From Lama guanicoe (lineage: Eukaryota), in assembly GCA_013239625.1 (NCBI GenBank), contig MU054132.1, positions 682,001-746,000 on the forward strand: DNA of 64,000 nt, given 5' to 3'. The notes under the pieces are model-generated. The model did no database searches and was not told where the DNA came from. It worked only from the letters and a program-made list of their open reading frames with translations. Shown in pieces: positions 62,557 to 64,000 of this stretch (its first letter is position 1; each line of letters begins with the position of its first letter). Made by a program: the position numbers and the translations under genes.

Positions 62557-62783
62557 CAGGGGTTGCCAAACTATGGCTCACAGGCTAAATCAAGCCTGGC
62601 ACTTGTTTTTCTAAATAAAGTTCTCTTGGAACACAGCCACACCCACCCCATTCTGTAGTGGCCACGGCTGCTTTCACACAACAATGGCAGAGGCGAGTGC
62701 TCATGACAGAGATGGCGTGATCCACAGAGTCTAAATAAAACATTTACTATCTAAACCTTGATGGAAAACGTGTGCTGACCCCG
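62557..62783 (+). mobile_element. MER58-like hAT DNA transposon
   Basis: CAGGGGTTGCCAAACTATGGC...AAATAAAGTTCTCTTGGAACACAGCCAC...TGCTGACCCCG with terminal inverted ends. Confidence 0.8.
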
Positions 62784-64000
62784 CCTGGGGCCGTAGGCGC
62801 CCACAAGGGTGGAGCCTATCTTACTGGTCCTGGTTTTGCCACTTGCTGCAGGTCAGTAGTTTCTGAAGCTCAACAGACCCAGTTTTAAATCCCCACTCTC
62901 CAACTGTACGGCCTGGGAAATGTCTTTGACTTCTCTGGATTTCACTTTCCTCAGTGTGAAGGGGGGATAATGACATCCCCCTGCAGCATCATGAAGGCAG
63001 GCTCTCACACACACATGTATCAACAGCGCCCGCAGAGACGAAGCGTTCATGGACGACAGTTGTGGCACATTGTGTCACTGACCCCACGGCAGTCTTATGG
63101 GAAGCATGGAGACTGTCCAGTGCTCAGGACCTGAGCAGGGTGGCAGGAGGATTCAAACCCAGGTTTCCTCACTGAACATCACATCCTCTTCTCACAGAAC
63201 CTGCCATCTGTCCTTAAAGTGCTAACAGGCACTTAAGTGACCAAAGTGACACGTGTTAACAGGCGGGGAAAGCCTCCCAGTGATGGGCCTGTCAAGGAGC
63301 ACTCTCCAAACGAGGTGCCATGGCAGCGGTACACGGGGGAGGAGCTGAGTGGAGGCCAGGGGTGGGGAAGGACTGGCGGGAGATGGGCAGGGGAGGACCG
63401 GGAGGGCCTCTGAGGAGCAAGGCACGTGGGTAACAACGGAACTCACAGCTAAAATGAGAGGAGACCAGGATGACGCCAGACTGAGCCCTCTGGATTTTAA
63501 CCAGTTGACAGAGAAAAGCCCCTGACTGTCTTCGAGAAGGAGGGCAACCTGACAAAGCAGAGCTCCGGAGATTCCCCTGGAGTTAGTCCAACTGCGGACA
63601 GGGAGCGACCAGCCACAGCCCCGGCGCACACGCCACGTACTGTGAGATGCAGGCTGGGGGAGCTGGGCCTGGCCGAGGATGAGGGGACTGTCGTGATGCC
63701 TGGGCCCCAATCAGGATGGAAGGAAAGGCCATTTAGCCACTCAAGGATGCAGTGCTCCAGGTGATCATACAAGCAAGGGTCAAGGTGCTTAACATGCAGA
63801 GCAAGTTAACACCGCCTGGGCTCCTGGGCACAAAGAACAACCCCAGGCAACCATCTGAGCCTCTGTGAAGTATATGTTTATGAACCCATGTCACAAAGAC
63901 TCTGGGGACAGAGGGCCTCACCCACTCACTCTTCTCCACCAGACTCAGCCCCCTAGACACTGTCAGGAGGTACAGAGGCATCTGGACAGAACTGACTGCC

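Noticed and set aside
63895..63981. Minus-strand ...EKSEW|gtgagg resembling the end of SCAP exon 3 (recalled EQPEW)
   Set aside because: The upstream translation (LLTVSRGLSLV) does not match SCAP exon 3; the true exon is likely beyond the window.

Overview
Mammalian genomic DNA, very probably camelid (tRNA-Ala-derived Vic-1-like SINEs; young cetartiodactyl-type L1 3' ends). The + strand carries a complete PTPN23 (HD-PTP) gene: CpG-island promoter at ~13.3-14.2 kb and 25 coding exons from 13655 to 48655. All junctions are GT-AG and in phase, giving 4893 nt or 1630 aa. SCAP coding exons 4-23 lie on the - strand (62369 down to 49329), tail-to-tail with PTPN23; its earlier exons are beyond the window. 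The first 13 kb and PTPN23 introns 1-2 are mostly L1, L2, MIR, LTR and DNA-transposon relics. The most interesting unannotated signal is in PTPN23 intron 2: a decayed, non-repeat-like reading frame resembling bornavirus matrix (M) protein followed directly by the N-terminus of the L polymerase. It is split by a ~5.6 kb L1 insertion, and that insertion's 17-bp target-site duplication lets the frame be rejoined. This is a candidate ancient endogenous bornavirus-like element, identified by eye from recalled protein sequences and needing a homology search. Other highlights are a tailless U4 snRNA retrocopy with TSD, a SINE with an apparent 3' transduction, and coding differences in PTPN23 and SCAP relative to recalled human sequences. 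Repeat family names are from recognition of consensus-like sequence, not from a RepeatMasker run.
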